Of a DNA stretch of 64,000 bases, positions 1 through 11,770 are shown one piece after another (position 1 is the stretch's first letter; each line of letters opens with the position of its first letter). The stretch is taken from positions 62,374,001 to 62,438,000 of the forward strand of contig NW_024704742.1 of NCBI RefSeq assembly GCF_018977255.1, written 5' to 3'. This stretch comes from Callorhinchus milii. Lineage: Eukaryota. A program made the position numbers and the translations under genes. The notes beneath the pieces are model-generated. The model made no database searches. It was not told the DNA's origin and worked only from the letters and a program-made list of their open reading frames with translations.

Positions 1-811
1 ATATCAATACTGGATGCATTGAAACACAACTTTGTACCTGCAAAAATACTCCAACAAACTTTTATATTGAATAATATACACAGGATTAAAAAGCATACAA
101 TAATGGCAGGAAGCATAAAATAAAAATAAATGAAAAAAGGGCCTCTTCCCATTACATATGTTTAACACTATTAAAAATCATTATTTGGCTTCCTCAAATA
201 AATAATAATTGTTGCTTTTCATATAGTGCCTAAAATATCAAACTGTTGCAATGCACTTTGGAAGTAATTAAGTGTTATGATTATGTATTTATACCCAGTG
301 CCTATGATCACCTCTCCTCTGTCCCTAGCTGCACGCATGAGCAGTGAAACTGGCTTTCACATCTTCAGCGCTCTGAGATGCTACCCCATCTGATGGGTGC
401 TATATTAAAGCAAGTTGTTGTTATCATGAGAGGTTGGGATGCTATAGATATCAATCATAGCCTTTTACTGCTGTATGTCTTATCTGAAGGACAGCGACTG
501 TGACAATGCAGCACTCCCTCAATGCCACACCACAATGGCAGTCTAGTCCAGGAGCTCAGAGTCCCACTATGGAGGCTGAACCTTCTAATCCAGAGGCAAG
601 AAGGTTACTCATTAAGCCGAACTGATACTACTGTCAGGTGTATGAAAAAAATCAGTATGAACATGTAGAGGTAACAGAGTTACATGGAGATGTGGTGAAT
701 GAAGGCCAGGAGTTGTCAATTCAGGGACAGAGCATGGAGTCGGCTGGCACAGCACGTAATGGCATACCAGCCAGTGATCAAACACTGTTTCAGCAACAAC
801 AACTTGCATTT

Positions 812-1097
812 ATAATAATAATCCTTGCATTCGATATTTTGTAGGAGAAACGCGGCAGCCAATTGAACACAACAGTGTCCCACAAACAATTGTGGATTGA
901 ATGAACAAATTATTATCAATTTTTTAACAAATTATTAGTCCAGGATAGCGCTCTTCCAATTGTCTAATAACCTGGTTCCTACTTACTGCTAGATAAACAG
1001 AAGCATGTGCAGTAACAAAACTTGCCTAAGGTTTTGCCTGTCCAGGAATTGAACCCGCTTGTGAAGCGAATATTCTAACCAATACGCTACAGACTCC
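812..1097 (-). mobile_element. tRNA-derived SINE (family A: tRNA head, CORE-like centre, L2-type tail), internally deleted
   Basis: Reverse complement of the head, centre and tail seen at 4500, 48184 and 61270; ends in a (TTA)n tail. Confidence 0.8.
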
Positions 1098-1137
1098 ATT
1101 TTACATAGGGTGCTTCACGGGGGTAGCATGTCAGAGC

Positions 1138-1858
1138 ACAACAACAACAAGATTGCATTTATAGAGCGCCTTTCACGTCGGAAGGACATACCAAGGCGCT
1201 GGACAGTTGGGTCGGGACCCGAGCAGGAGGGAAATGGTCAGGGTGAGGGGAGGGAAGGGAGGGAGCGAGGAGGCGGAAGAGAGTCGAGAGGGGAGCTGAA
1301 GGCACTGCTGAAGAGAAAGATCTTGAGACCGGCCTTGAAGGAGGAAAGGGAGGAGGCGGCGAAGGCACTGGGGGATGGAGTTCCAGAGCCTAGTGGCTGA
1401 GAGGCTGAAGGTCCGGCCACCGATGGTAGGGCAGTTGGGGCGGGGGACATGGAGCAGACCGGAGCCAGAGGAACGGAGGGTACGGGCAGGTAAGTAGGGG
1501 GATAGTAGGTCGGAGAGGTAGGAGGGAGCAAGGCCGTGAATGGCCTTGTAGGTGAGGATGAGGATCTTGAAATCGATCCTCTGGGGATGAGGAGCCAGTG
1601 GAGGCGAGCGAGGGTGGGAGTGATGTGGTCCTGGTGCGGGACAGTACACGAGCTGCAGAGTTCTGAATGACCTGCAGTGTGGAGGGAGGTGGCGGGAAGG
1701 CCGACGAGGAGAGAGATCTCATAGTCCAGCCTTGAGGTGATAAAGGCGTGGACCAGAGTTTCAGCCGCGTGAGGGGTGAGGTAGTGCCGTAGTTTGGCGA
1801 TGTTCCGGAGGAGGTGGAAGGCGGTGCCAGTTGTGGCGCGGATGTGGGGAAGAAAGCA
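1138..1858 (-). mobile_element. L2-clade LINE, 3' fragment (ORF2 C-terminus, 3' UTR, (TTG)n tail), frameshifted
   Basis: Translations HAFITSRLDY, LARLHWL, IDFKILILTYKAIHGLAPSYLSDLL and GRTFSLSATRLWNSIP are typical of the L2 ORF2 C-terminus. Confidence 0.9.
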
Positions 1859-2502
1859 CAAAGGTGCTCATCAGGTCTTAAAAGAATCAACAGAATGAGA
1901 GAACATACCCTACACTTGCTTTTAATATATGAGCATCAAATACACACAAAAGAAGTTCAGCCGGTGAGTGTGGGGGAAGGGGTTGCTTCTGCAGTCAGCT
2001 CAGACAGAAATGCACTTTCCTACTTCAACAGGATCAATGCTAATCTTATTAAAACACAACATTCGATATTTTTAACAAAAAATAATCCGAGGGGGAAGAT
2101 AAAATGACAAAATGGAGAAATTCCAGCTAAACAAATCCTTCTTAGGTCCTGCCCTTGAGGTTTTCTTTGGAAGACGGATGCCTTATGTCTGCAGCATTCA
2201 TTAACACACAGCATGAGAGAGTGTGTGTGTTAGTCTATGCCAGCTTCCTTCTGAGGGTAAGAAACACGAGAAACAATTGGCCACAGCAAGCCAGTTAGGG
2301 CTTGCAAAGCCAATATTGCACTTTCTTGTAGATGTGCTTTTCATTGTGCGGTGACAATGAGGGGAAATTCAGTTGGAGGTATTGCGCATACTTTCAGGAT
2401 TAAAGGCACATTTTGCAGACTGGGATATTCTTGCCCATCATGGTCTTTGCAGTGCTAGTTGGTTGGTGTGTGGGGGAGGGGAAGCAAATGGAGGGCAGCT
2501 TG

Positions 2503-2516
2503 CTGCCATCTGGTGG
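2503..2516 (-). promoter_or_regulatory. Candidate CTCF binding site
   Basis: Minus strand reads gttgCCACCAGATGGCAGca, an exact match to CCASYAGRKGGCRS, outside recognisable repeats. Confidence 0.6.
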
Positions 2517-2554
2517 CAACAGCGAGTTACTGAGAACACCACTGAGAATTGCTT

Positions 2555-2957
2555 TATAATAATAATGCTTGCATTTGAAATAGCGCCTCATCATGTCATT
2601 GAGACATCTCAAAGCGCTTGACAGAATATATTATAAAGTGGATTGACTGCGTATTTTATGGACGAAATACAGCAGACAATTGATCACAGCAGTGTCCCAC
2701 AAACAGTCGTTGATTGAATGACCAAATGTTTTTTCGAGGAATCATTACGCCTATCAGAGAGCAACCTACCAATCAACTAACAACCAGGTTGTTAGGTTGT
2801 TACTACTGCTAGGTAATCAGCTAGGTCCTCCTTACTGCTAGGTAAACAGAGGTGTGTGGAGTAGGGAAATTTGCCTAATGTTTTGCCTGCCCGGGAATTG
2901 AACCTGGGTTCTCTTGCTTATGAGGCAAAAGCGCTAACCAACATGCTACAGGACTCC
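2555..2957 (-). mobile_element. SINE family A, near full length
   Basis: tRNA-like head at about 2885-2957, centre ttaggcaaatttccctactccacacacctctgtttacctagcagtaag, and the shared 3' tail. Confidence 0.85.
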
Positions 2958-3029
2958 AGATTGTACTTTCTGGAAATGTGAGTGAAAAGTGCGATGTTCC
3001 CCACAAGATTATTGCATTGATTGGGTTAA

Positions 3030-3165
3030 GAATTTAGGGAGAGAGTGCATTTCCCATTTTAACGCACGGGAAAATTTCCACGTGTGGGTGACATATGTAT
3101 GTGGCCCTCTCAGTCTGGTTTGGATACTCTTAAACTTGGTGATGGGTTTCTGCATGAGTTAGACA
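3030..3165 (-). repeat. Unclassified dispersed repeat, copy 1 of 5
   Basis: tctggtttggatactcttaaacttggtgatgggtttctgca also occurs at about 38820-38865, and its reverse complement occurs at about 43890 and 46490. Confidence 0.7.
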
Positions 3166-4499
3166 CCCAGTTAAAACAAATTCTTGCATTTAATATAGAA
3201 CCCTATCACATTACTGCAACATTTCAAAGTGCTTCCCAAGAATTACTGCATAGTTTATAGATGAATATGGCAGCCAATATGCGCACAGCAGTGTCCCACA
3301 GACAGCCATGAAGTGAATGACCAATTTGTATCTAGAGGATTATTGGCCAGGACACCTGTGGAAGTGCTATATCAAATGCAAGAATTATTATTATTATTCT
3401 GTGCTTTAATTTCTATGGTTCTATAGTTCTTTGGGCCACCATAAACAGCCAGCGTTATCAATACAATACAAAAGCACATTTGTATAGCGTTTTTCACATC
3501 GGAAGGATGTCCCAAGGCGATTATCAGGCTGTATAGACCTGGGATCTTCAACCAAAGCTTTATCCTATCTTCAACCAATGTTCATAAGTGTGCACTTTCG
3601 ACCAAGAAACAAATTCCTGGTTAATTATTTCCTTCCTTAGCAAAATATCATTAACATAATTATAGGACTTTAGAACCTCCTTGGCAGAGACCCAATAACT
3701 CAGCACAGGCTGATGTTTGACCGAGGACCTCCCTGCTGTGTATGGCTAAGTATCACATTGAACAGTGGATTTACCAGCAAAGACGCTGGGGATTCCTATC
3801 CTCTAACTATTAGCAATGCACCAATTTACCAATAATTATTAGCAAGCCTTATTATAAACAATTATTATTATTGTATTATTATTAATATAATTATATTCTA
3901 TACAAAATATATAGGCAACTCAGTTAACATTATATTCTGTGAAGAGTTTTGAGACGTTTCAATGATGTGATAAGGCGCTTTATCAAATGCAAGCATTATT
4001 ATTATTTTATTATTTTTGAACAGGCTTCAGTATATCCACGGTTTGGTCTTACTGCAGTAACACAGCAAACCTGTGGAACAGCTGAAATCAGCGCGGCTGG
4101 TTTTGTGCAGCAGGACTGTGCAATATCAATGGTGACCCTGGGAACTCAAGCGGCAACAATATGACGTGCAGTCTTTCGTTTTATAGACACCAATAACTGG
4201 GTTATAACAGGGCTATATTGCGTTCACAGCCACTACGCCCCCAAAACTCTCTCCCTCAATCTCTCCACCTTGCCCCTCCTTCCCTTTTTTAGATTGTGCC
4301 TGAAGATCTTCTTCTTCGACCATGTTTACGGTCACCTCCTTCCTCTGGCCGGCCGATTCCGCCACTGTGAAGTGCTCCTAGGTGCTACCCCGCATGAATG
4401 TAAATGCAAGTTGTTGTTGTTATATCCTTCTCCCCTTTTTAGGTTTCCCAGAACCATAAAAACTTCCTGAACAGAGACAAAGAGCAGGTGGATTACTCT

Positions 4500-5030
4500 A
4501 CCCTGTAGCTCAGTGGTTAGAGCACTCGCCTTGTAAGCGAGAGGACCTGGGTGTGATTCGTGGGCAAGGCAAACATCAGACAAGTTTCCTTACTCCACAC
4601 GCTTTTGTAGTGGAATAAGGAAACCGATTGTTAGTTGTTTGGCGGATCGCTTTCCAGGGATAATAATCCCTTCAAAAAATAAAACAAGACTAATAATTTG
4701 GTCACTCAATCCACGACTGTTTGTGGGACACTGCTGTGCGCAATTAGCTGCAGCGTTTCGCCCACAAAATATACAGTCAATTCACTTTACAGTATATTCT
4801 GTGAATCATCAGAGAATCAGAGAATTATACAGCACAGAAGGAGGCCACTCGGCCCATCGTGTCTGTGCCGGCTCTTTTAAAAGAGCTTTCCAATTCAATC
4901 CCACTCCCCTGCTCGCTCCCCATTGCCCTGCAAACTTGTCCTCCCCAAATAATTATTTAAGCACTTTGAGACGTCTCAAAGATTTGATAAGGCACTATAT
5001 CAAATGCAAGGATTATTTTTATTATTATTA
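4500..5030 (+). mobile_element. SINE family A interrupted by a CR1 3' end
   Basis: Head ccctgtagctcagtggttagagcactcgccttgtaagcgagagg. The tail breaks at tattctgtga (about 4804) and resumes at agcactttgagacgtc (about 4960). Confidence 0.88.
4805..4955 (-). mobile_element. CR1-clade LINE 3' end nested in a SINE
   Basis: agaattatacagcacagaaggaggccactcggcccatc... is closely similar to 57075-57200. Confidence 0.8.
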
Positions 5031-5978
5031 ATAGTAGAATTATTAGTATTATTACCTGAGCTGGCCTCTGGGAGGTTCTTCAGTAGTTCAGGGGTGGCAA
5101 TAATTAATTTTCTTTTCTCTTTCTGCTTTTCTATAATGGCATTATGCCAAATGTAAGGATTATTTATTACGAAGAACAGAAACTGCTCAGGGAAACTGAA
5201 GCGTGAACCCATGGCTTACTATGCCTTGGCATGACTTCCTGGAGCAATGGTGCAATGAGCCTAATGCTTGTTCTCTTTCAGAGTTTGTTTACTTTGGCAA
5301 TAAAACAGCCCAAGCTTGAATGTACAGATAAGAAACTCCAAATCGGTTTGATCAGCGTTTGTATTTGCAACTTGTGGCCAAAAAATAGTGGAAAAGAGAT
5401 AAGAAAGGTGAAATCCTGACCCACCTAAATATTAGCCTTTACCATATCTCTTCTCTCCCCTCCCCTCAATACATCTCAGCTACTAGATTTCTGGGTGTAG
5501 AGCAGGTCAGAAGGGTGCAATTATTCCAATAAAATATTTGATGTCTTAAATTTCACCTGTTTCGTCTTAGCAGAAAATTCTTACATGTCTTAATGCAGCA
5601 CAATACAGTTTTTATTTATGTAGCCCTTCGCATCGGGAGGGTGCCCTGAAGCGCTCAAAACTGCTGGCTTAGTCACCTCAATTTTTCAGAGCCGGTTTCC
5701 CATAGTTCTTAAAAAGAAGCAGCTTCAAAACTAAGACTGAATTTAAGGAGGTTCCACTATTCTGTGCAATCTTAAATTTTGAGATGAAGCAGTCTTACAG
5801 CCTAAGACCAGGCCTCAGGTCTATCAAATGGAAGTCACTAAAGTCAGGAAATTGCACTGTCAAGGTGTTATGTAACAATGACTGATTTTGTGCTCAGCAA
5901 GGTTTCGATGCATTGTTTCGATGCAGGTTAACATTTATTGGTTGAGGTTAGCCTGAATAATCCTTCCCTCTGTGATAC

Positions 5979-6095
5979 CTGTTCATGTGACCATGTGCGT
6001 TCCGAGCCGTCCTTGATGCACGCGTCCATCCTCAGTTCGGTCCCTGTGCCTCCGTGCTTGCTGTCCACACATCGATTGGCGGCAGCATTTCGGAT
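5979..6095 (-). CDS. GALNTL6: GALNTL6 coding exon, 117 nt; alpha subdomain of the ricin-B lectin domain
   Basis: gttgcag|ATCCGA...GAACAG|gtatca. Encodes [39 protein letters not shown]. Confidence 0.95.
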
Positions 6096-8923
6096 CTGCA
6101 ACACATCACAAGCATTTTTGTTCAGTTTCAGCCACATACGCTACAAAAGGAAGTGGTATTGATGCTGACCCGATGACCTGAAAGTTTGCCAGTTTTGTTC
6201 ACAGGCACACAGGAAACGAGTTAGCAGCACGGGAATGAGTCCTTGCACCAACCTACCGCTGTGACTCCCTGCAACTCTATTATCCCGGCCACTACCTCTG
6301 CTATGTGAACATTTTTTTTGCGTTGTGTCCCCTGCCCAACCCAGCCCACCATCATTGGGCAAGCTTTCAGACATTCTCTGGAACTCCATCTTGGAATCCC
6401 TCTATCTCTTGCATCCCAGAGCCCCTCCATCTCACTCACTCCCTCCCCACTTTTAAAGCCAGCCTTAAGACCTGTCTTTTTGACCGTGCTCTTGGTTGTC
6501 GGCTAGCACTGTGAAACACATTGAGACGTTCTCCCAATGTGAAAAGTGCTACAGTATATATACATATATATCTATATAAAACTGTTATTGAACAGATTGA
6601 TTTCAAGATCCTCACTCTCACTTTCAAATCAATTCATGGCCTGGCACTTCGGATTCGGATCAGGACCTGGAATCCTGGTACAGAGGAGCACAGTTGAGCT
6701 TCCAACTGCTTAGATGACTCAGCTAACTCAGCCCAAACTGAACCTTTTTTGACCTATGATCTCACTGATAGCTTTTTTGATTTCTGGCTTCAGATGAATG
6801 CTTTGGTAGAATAAATCATCATTTCCATTAAAACTGCATTCCTTGCAATTTCTGTAAAACAGCCATGCAGCTCCAGCGATCACCATGGAAACCTGTTTCT
6901 CTCCACAGATAGAGCCAGGGATGCAGTACACTCTGCTGTGGGCAGTACTGAAATACCTATTGCAAGCACCAGACCCAGCAATCAGCAAGATTGTTTTATG
7001 AGAAATAATAATCCTTGCATTCGACATGGCGCCTGTCATGTCAGGAGGAGGTCTCAAATTCACTGTAAAGTGTAATGACTGTGTGTTTTATAGGCAAATT
7101 TGTGCACATCAACGTCCCACAATCAGCTTTGAAGTGATTGACTGGGGAATTGTTGATAAGCTTGGAGTGATACAACTGGAAATCAAGGATAAAGGAGTTC
7201 TCTGAAGGTCAACGCCAGCCAAAGCAAATGACTAAATATTAGAAACACAGTGTACAATTTAACCAGTCAGTGTGCGTTGCAATAGAACTGATACAAAGGA
7301 ATGATTGGTAAGATGACAGAAAATGTTATGGTTTCTTCACTGTCCAAGGCTATCACTTCCCCCTCACAGACTCCTGGGACCTGGCAGGCATGTGGTATAA
7401 GTGAAAGAAAATAATTTCCTACTGAGTAGTGGGTTCATCTTAAAATCTAATAGACTTGGATTAAAAATAAAAATATTGCTTATTATCATTTTGTTTCGCC
7501 CACAAAATATACAGTCAATTCACTTTACAATATATTCTATGACTCACTTTGAGTCGTCTCATTATTTTTATTTTGAGACGTATTATTATTATACTATTGG
7601 GCTACCTGAGTGCAAAGTTCTCCGAATAGGGTTTATGACAGTAGCAGATCTGCTACAATGAGGCCAAGCCAGTTGAACTCCATCAACAACCTAAAGCTGT
7701 GTAAGCTGAATGAGTGCAACAGATGGAAAAGGGATCTGTTGGTTCACCCCGCCTTTCAAACCTAGTGCTTAAAACGCCAGATGACAGTAACTTTCTGAAA
7801 TGTTTCGGAGATTGTGTGATCGCGGTTAAGATTTATTTAAAAAAAATTAAACTAACATAAACGCGTTGAAATTGAAAAGCGAGTGTCGCAAACTCAAGAG
7901 CCATTGTATTTCTGTACTGAAATTGCCAATAGATCTCGCTATTAGATGATGCAAGAAGCTATGCCTCCCATCCCCCTCCGCCAGCCTTGAGTCATCCTTT
8001 ACCTCCAGAGACTGGCTCATATTATCTTATAAAAAGATGAAATTCCCCGATGGGTATTAAGTGATATAAAGTTACAGCTTCTTCCCCAGTGAGCTCACTA
8101 CAAACAAGCTCTACAAGTCAAACCATTAGAAAGCTTCCTGAAGGATCACATAGCCAGCTCACATTATCCCCTTTACAGTTGACTCACTCGTCCCAAATAC
8201 GTGTCTCTCAAGACCAGTCCTCTTACAGCCTGTCTCTGTCTCTGTCTCGGTCATACACCAGCTCTTTGCACTCTATTCAGAACAAAGAACAGTAAAGTCA
8301 GGGTAACTCATCACCCAAGGGAAAAGGGCTCAGCGACAAGTTATTATTATTATGAGACATTATTGTTATTAATAATACTAGTTGGACTAGAGATTAGTTA
8401 GACATAGGTCATCTAGCTACCAGAAGGGGCCTGTGACTGGTGCAGGCCCTTGGCGCACATGCTCAGATGCTTCGCAGAGGCCTCTGGTCTATTGGGAGGG
8501 TCATGGCGTGGCCTCCCATCCTATCCTGTCACATTATTATTATTTCCTGCCTCCGACCATATCTTACCCCAAATGCAGCCGAAACCCTCGTGCATATGTT
8601 TGTTACCTCCCGCCTGGATTACTCAAATGTACTCCTCGCCGGTCTCCCCAGCTTCAAAAAATCCAGCTCAATTAGAACTCTGCTGCCCGCATACTTTCCC
8701 AGAGCAAATACCTACCCCTATCTCACCGTTAAGCTATCTGAGACGCTACCCTGCATGGAGGGTGCTATACAAATAGCAAGTTGTTGTTGTTGATAGTGAT
8801 CGTGGCAAGTTAAAGCCGGGGGCTTTTATCAGTAGTTCACTGCAAGCGTTAATGACATATCAACCTGGCCTACACTGAGATGTCCTTCTGGTGTGAAAGG
8901 TGCTATATCAACTGTAAAAATTG

Positions 8924-8980
8924 TCTTTACAGTTGATACGTATCTTTACAGTTGATATGTATCTTTACAGTTGATCTGTA
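8924..8980 (+). repeat. 19-bp tandem repeat, three copies (tctttacagttgatNNgta)
   Basis: Units at 8924-8942, 8943-8961 and 8962-8980, read directly. Confidence 0.9.
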
Positions 8981-9320
8981 GCAAATTAAGTAGAGCGCTC
9001 GCCTCACAAATGAGAGGACCCGGGTTCGATTCCAGGCAAGGCGAAACATTAGGCAAGTTTTCTTACTCCATATACCTATGTTTAGCAGTAAGTAGGAACC
9101 TGGTTGTTAGTCGACTAGAGAATTGCCCCCTGGGGATAACCATCTCTTCAAAATAAATAAATAATTTGGTCACTCAATCCATGACTGTTTGTGGGATACT
9201 GCTGTGTACAATTAGCTGCCGCATTTCTCCCACAAAATACACAGTCAATCCACTTTACAGTATATTCTGTCTCAATGACATGATAAAGCACTATATCAAA
9301 TGCAGGGATTATGATTATTT
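8977..9320 (+). mobile_element. SINE family A
   Basis: gagcgctcgcctcacaaatgagaggacccgggttcgattccaggcaaggcgaaacattaggcaag, with an intact B box (GGTTCGATTCC), followed by the shared tail. Confidence 0.85.
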
Positions 9321-9469
9321 GTGGCACTCATCACTGGTTAAAAGGTTGTAGGAATGCTGCATTGTTGGAGGTGCTGCCTTTGGATGAGTTGTTAAACTAG
9401 AATCTTCTCTGTCTGTTTAGGTGGTCTGAAAGATCCCAAGGCACAATTCTAAGGGAGTTTCTGTGACCA

Positions 9470-10435
9470 GGCCTCTCTCTGTTTCCTTGTCCTCCTGACC
9501 CTCTATGCTTCCTTCAACACAGTTGATCATGCCATCCTTCTCCTCCATTTCTACTGCTTCATCCATCTTAGTGGGACAGCACTCTCCTGATTTCAGTCCT
9601 ACTTGACCTGCCATTATCACTATAACTTTGCCAACGTTTTTTCCTCCATTCCCTGCAACGTCACCTGTGGTGTACCCTAAGGCTCCATCCTTGGCTCCCC
9701 TTGTTTCTTCATTTACATGCTTCCTCTCGATGATGTCACTCATCCCAGACAACTTCCACATATATGCGGACGACACCCATATCTACTTCTGTTCCTCCAG
9801 CTACAACCAGGTTCGCCGATGTTCTGTCAGTTTGGTTGTCAGACATCAGGGCCTGGAATGAAGATAACTTTCTGCAGATGGATGTTGACAAGATAGAAGC
9901 CATACTTCTTGGCTCTGTCAACATCTTCTCACCTGCGACTCCGACTTCCTTAACCTCCCCAGCCTATCCCTCAGATTTACTGAACATGTACCTAACCTTG
10001 GCATCAGGTTCGATCCCCAGCTTCTCCTCCTACCCTACATCCTGACCAGGATTGCATTATTCCACTTCATCCACATTGCCCAACTACATCTGTACCTCAC
10101 ACCCAAAGAGCTGGAACTCTTATCCATCTTTATCACCTCCCACCTTGATTATTCCAATGCCCTCCTTGCCGCTCTCCCAAGCTCCACCGTTCATTAAATC
10201 CAATTAATTCAAAACTCCACCTGCCCATATCCTCACCCATACCAAACCCCATCACCACAGTCCTTGACAGCTCCATTGGCTCCCTACCTTCAGGTCACAC
10301 CTGAAAACCTTCCTCTTCGACCATGCCTACGGCCACCTACCCCCTCTCCCTGGTTTGGCATCAAGCTTTGTTAAGTGCTCTGAGATGCTTCTCCGCATGA
10401 AGGGTGCTATATAAATGCAAGTTATTGTTGTTGTT
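9470..10435 (+). mobile_element. Old, degraded L2 LINE fragment
   Basis: Encodes FHIYADDT (RT catalytic motif, about 9755-9780) and NFLQMDVDKIEAILLG; ends in the L2 tail with ttg repeats. Confidence 0.8.
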
Positions 10436-10863
10436 TCTCCTTCCTATGCTGGCCAACAATTTCCCAGATAAAATTGGCGATTCGCTTCATGGCTGTTTTT
10501 GGGACATTGCTGTACCAAATTGGTTCCTAAATTTGTCTAGAGTTGCACCCTCATTGCACTTTACAGAAAACCCTGAGAAGTGCTTTGAAACATTTTAACA
10601 ACATGACAAGGTGAAGGATTATTTTTTTTGCCTGAAATATATGAATATGTACAGCAGAGGGTGCTGCTCATCTGTTAATGGGCAGATAAGCTGTAACATT
10701 GAAATTCTGCTTTAATATTGAAATTAATACCGAAAGAAGTCTTTTTAAAACAAATCTGAATCAGTAAATTATACCTGAATGACACAGAATGGATCATATT
10801 TATGGGGACAGTAATGCTGCAGCATACTGCAGATACTCAGGGTATAGTGGTTTATACTATATA

Positions 10864-10980
10864 CAGAGTGACCAAAAAGTTGTGATTCCATTTATTTCAA
10901 TAATAATTACTTTATTTCTTCATCATTTCTTTAAGACTTATTAGACACTGTAATGGAACCACAACTTTCTGGTCACCCTA
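10864..10980. mobile_element. Tc1/mariner-type MITE (117 bp)
   Basis: 29-bp imperfect terminal inverted repeats (cagagtgaccaaaaagttgtgattccatt / aatggaaccacaactttctggtcacccta) flanked by TA on both sides, with an AT-rich interior. Confidence 0.8.
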
Positions 10981-11259
10981 TATATTGTTCTTAAAAAAAG
11001 TAGAGAAAAGATTGGCTTTTAACAGGCTCCTCCACGGACAGTTAGGTAAAATTATTGCCCACTACAAATTTTGCCCTGATTAAAATAACTTTCAGCTTGA
11101 TCACAAAATACTCCATTATTAATCAATCCAAATGTGGACACAGACTGCATCAGTGGGTTAGGACTTTGAGCTATTTAGAGTAAACTGGTTTTGCAGTGTT
11201 TGTAACAATGGGGTGGTTGCAAAAAGGACAATACTACAATGGAGTTTAATTTATAATTA

Positions 11260-11770
11260 TACTTACATTTGATAAAGTGCCTTTAACCCTGGAATGATAT
11301 CTCAAAGAATTTCATAGATATACACAATTTCATCCAGAAAAATACAGTAAATCCACTTTAGGGTATATCCTGTGAAGAGCTTTGAGATGTTGTGACAACT
11401 TGATAAGGTGCTATGCCAAATCCAAGGATTATTATTATTATACTGTAAAGTGTTAACACAGGGTATTTGTATGCAACCGTGGTAACCAATGTCCCACAAA
11501 CAACCGTGAAGGGAACGACCAATTTCATTTCAGAGAATTGTTCAGCCAGGACATGGGGAGAAACTTCTGTGTCTTTTGAATGGGATCTTTACCAGAACAG
11601 GTAGACACGACCTTGGATTAATATCTCATTTGAAAGATGGCACCTCCGATAATGCAGTACACTCTCAACACTGCACAGGAATGTCAGCCAAAATATATGA
11701 GTTCAAATCTCAATGTGGGGACAATGAACCAATAACCTTCTAACTCTGAGGTGAGATTGCAACTGACTGA
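11260..11770 (-). mobile_element. DeuSINE (SacSINE1-like) copy with an opposite-strand SINE tail inserted at about 11330-11440
   Basis: Reverse of the Deu-domain-like ggaggtgccatctttcaaatgagatattaa, plus a tRNA head at about 11700-11770. Confidence 0.7.

Noticed and set aside
8924..8980. CRISPR-like or other prokaryotic repeat array
   Set aside because: The tandem units have no unique spacers and the context is a vertebrate intron.
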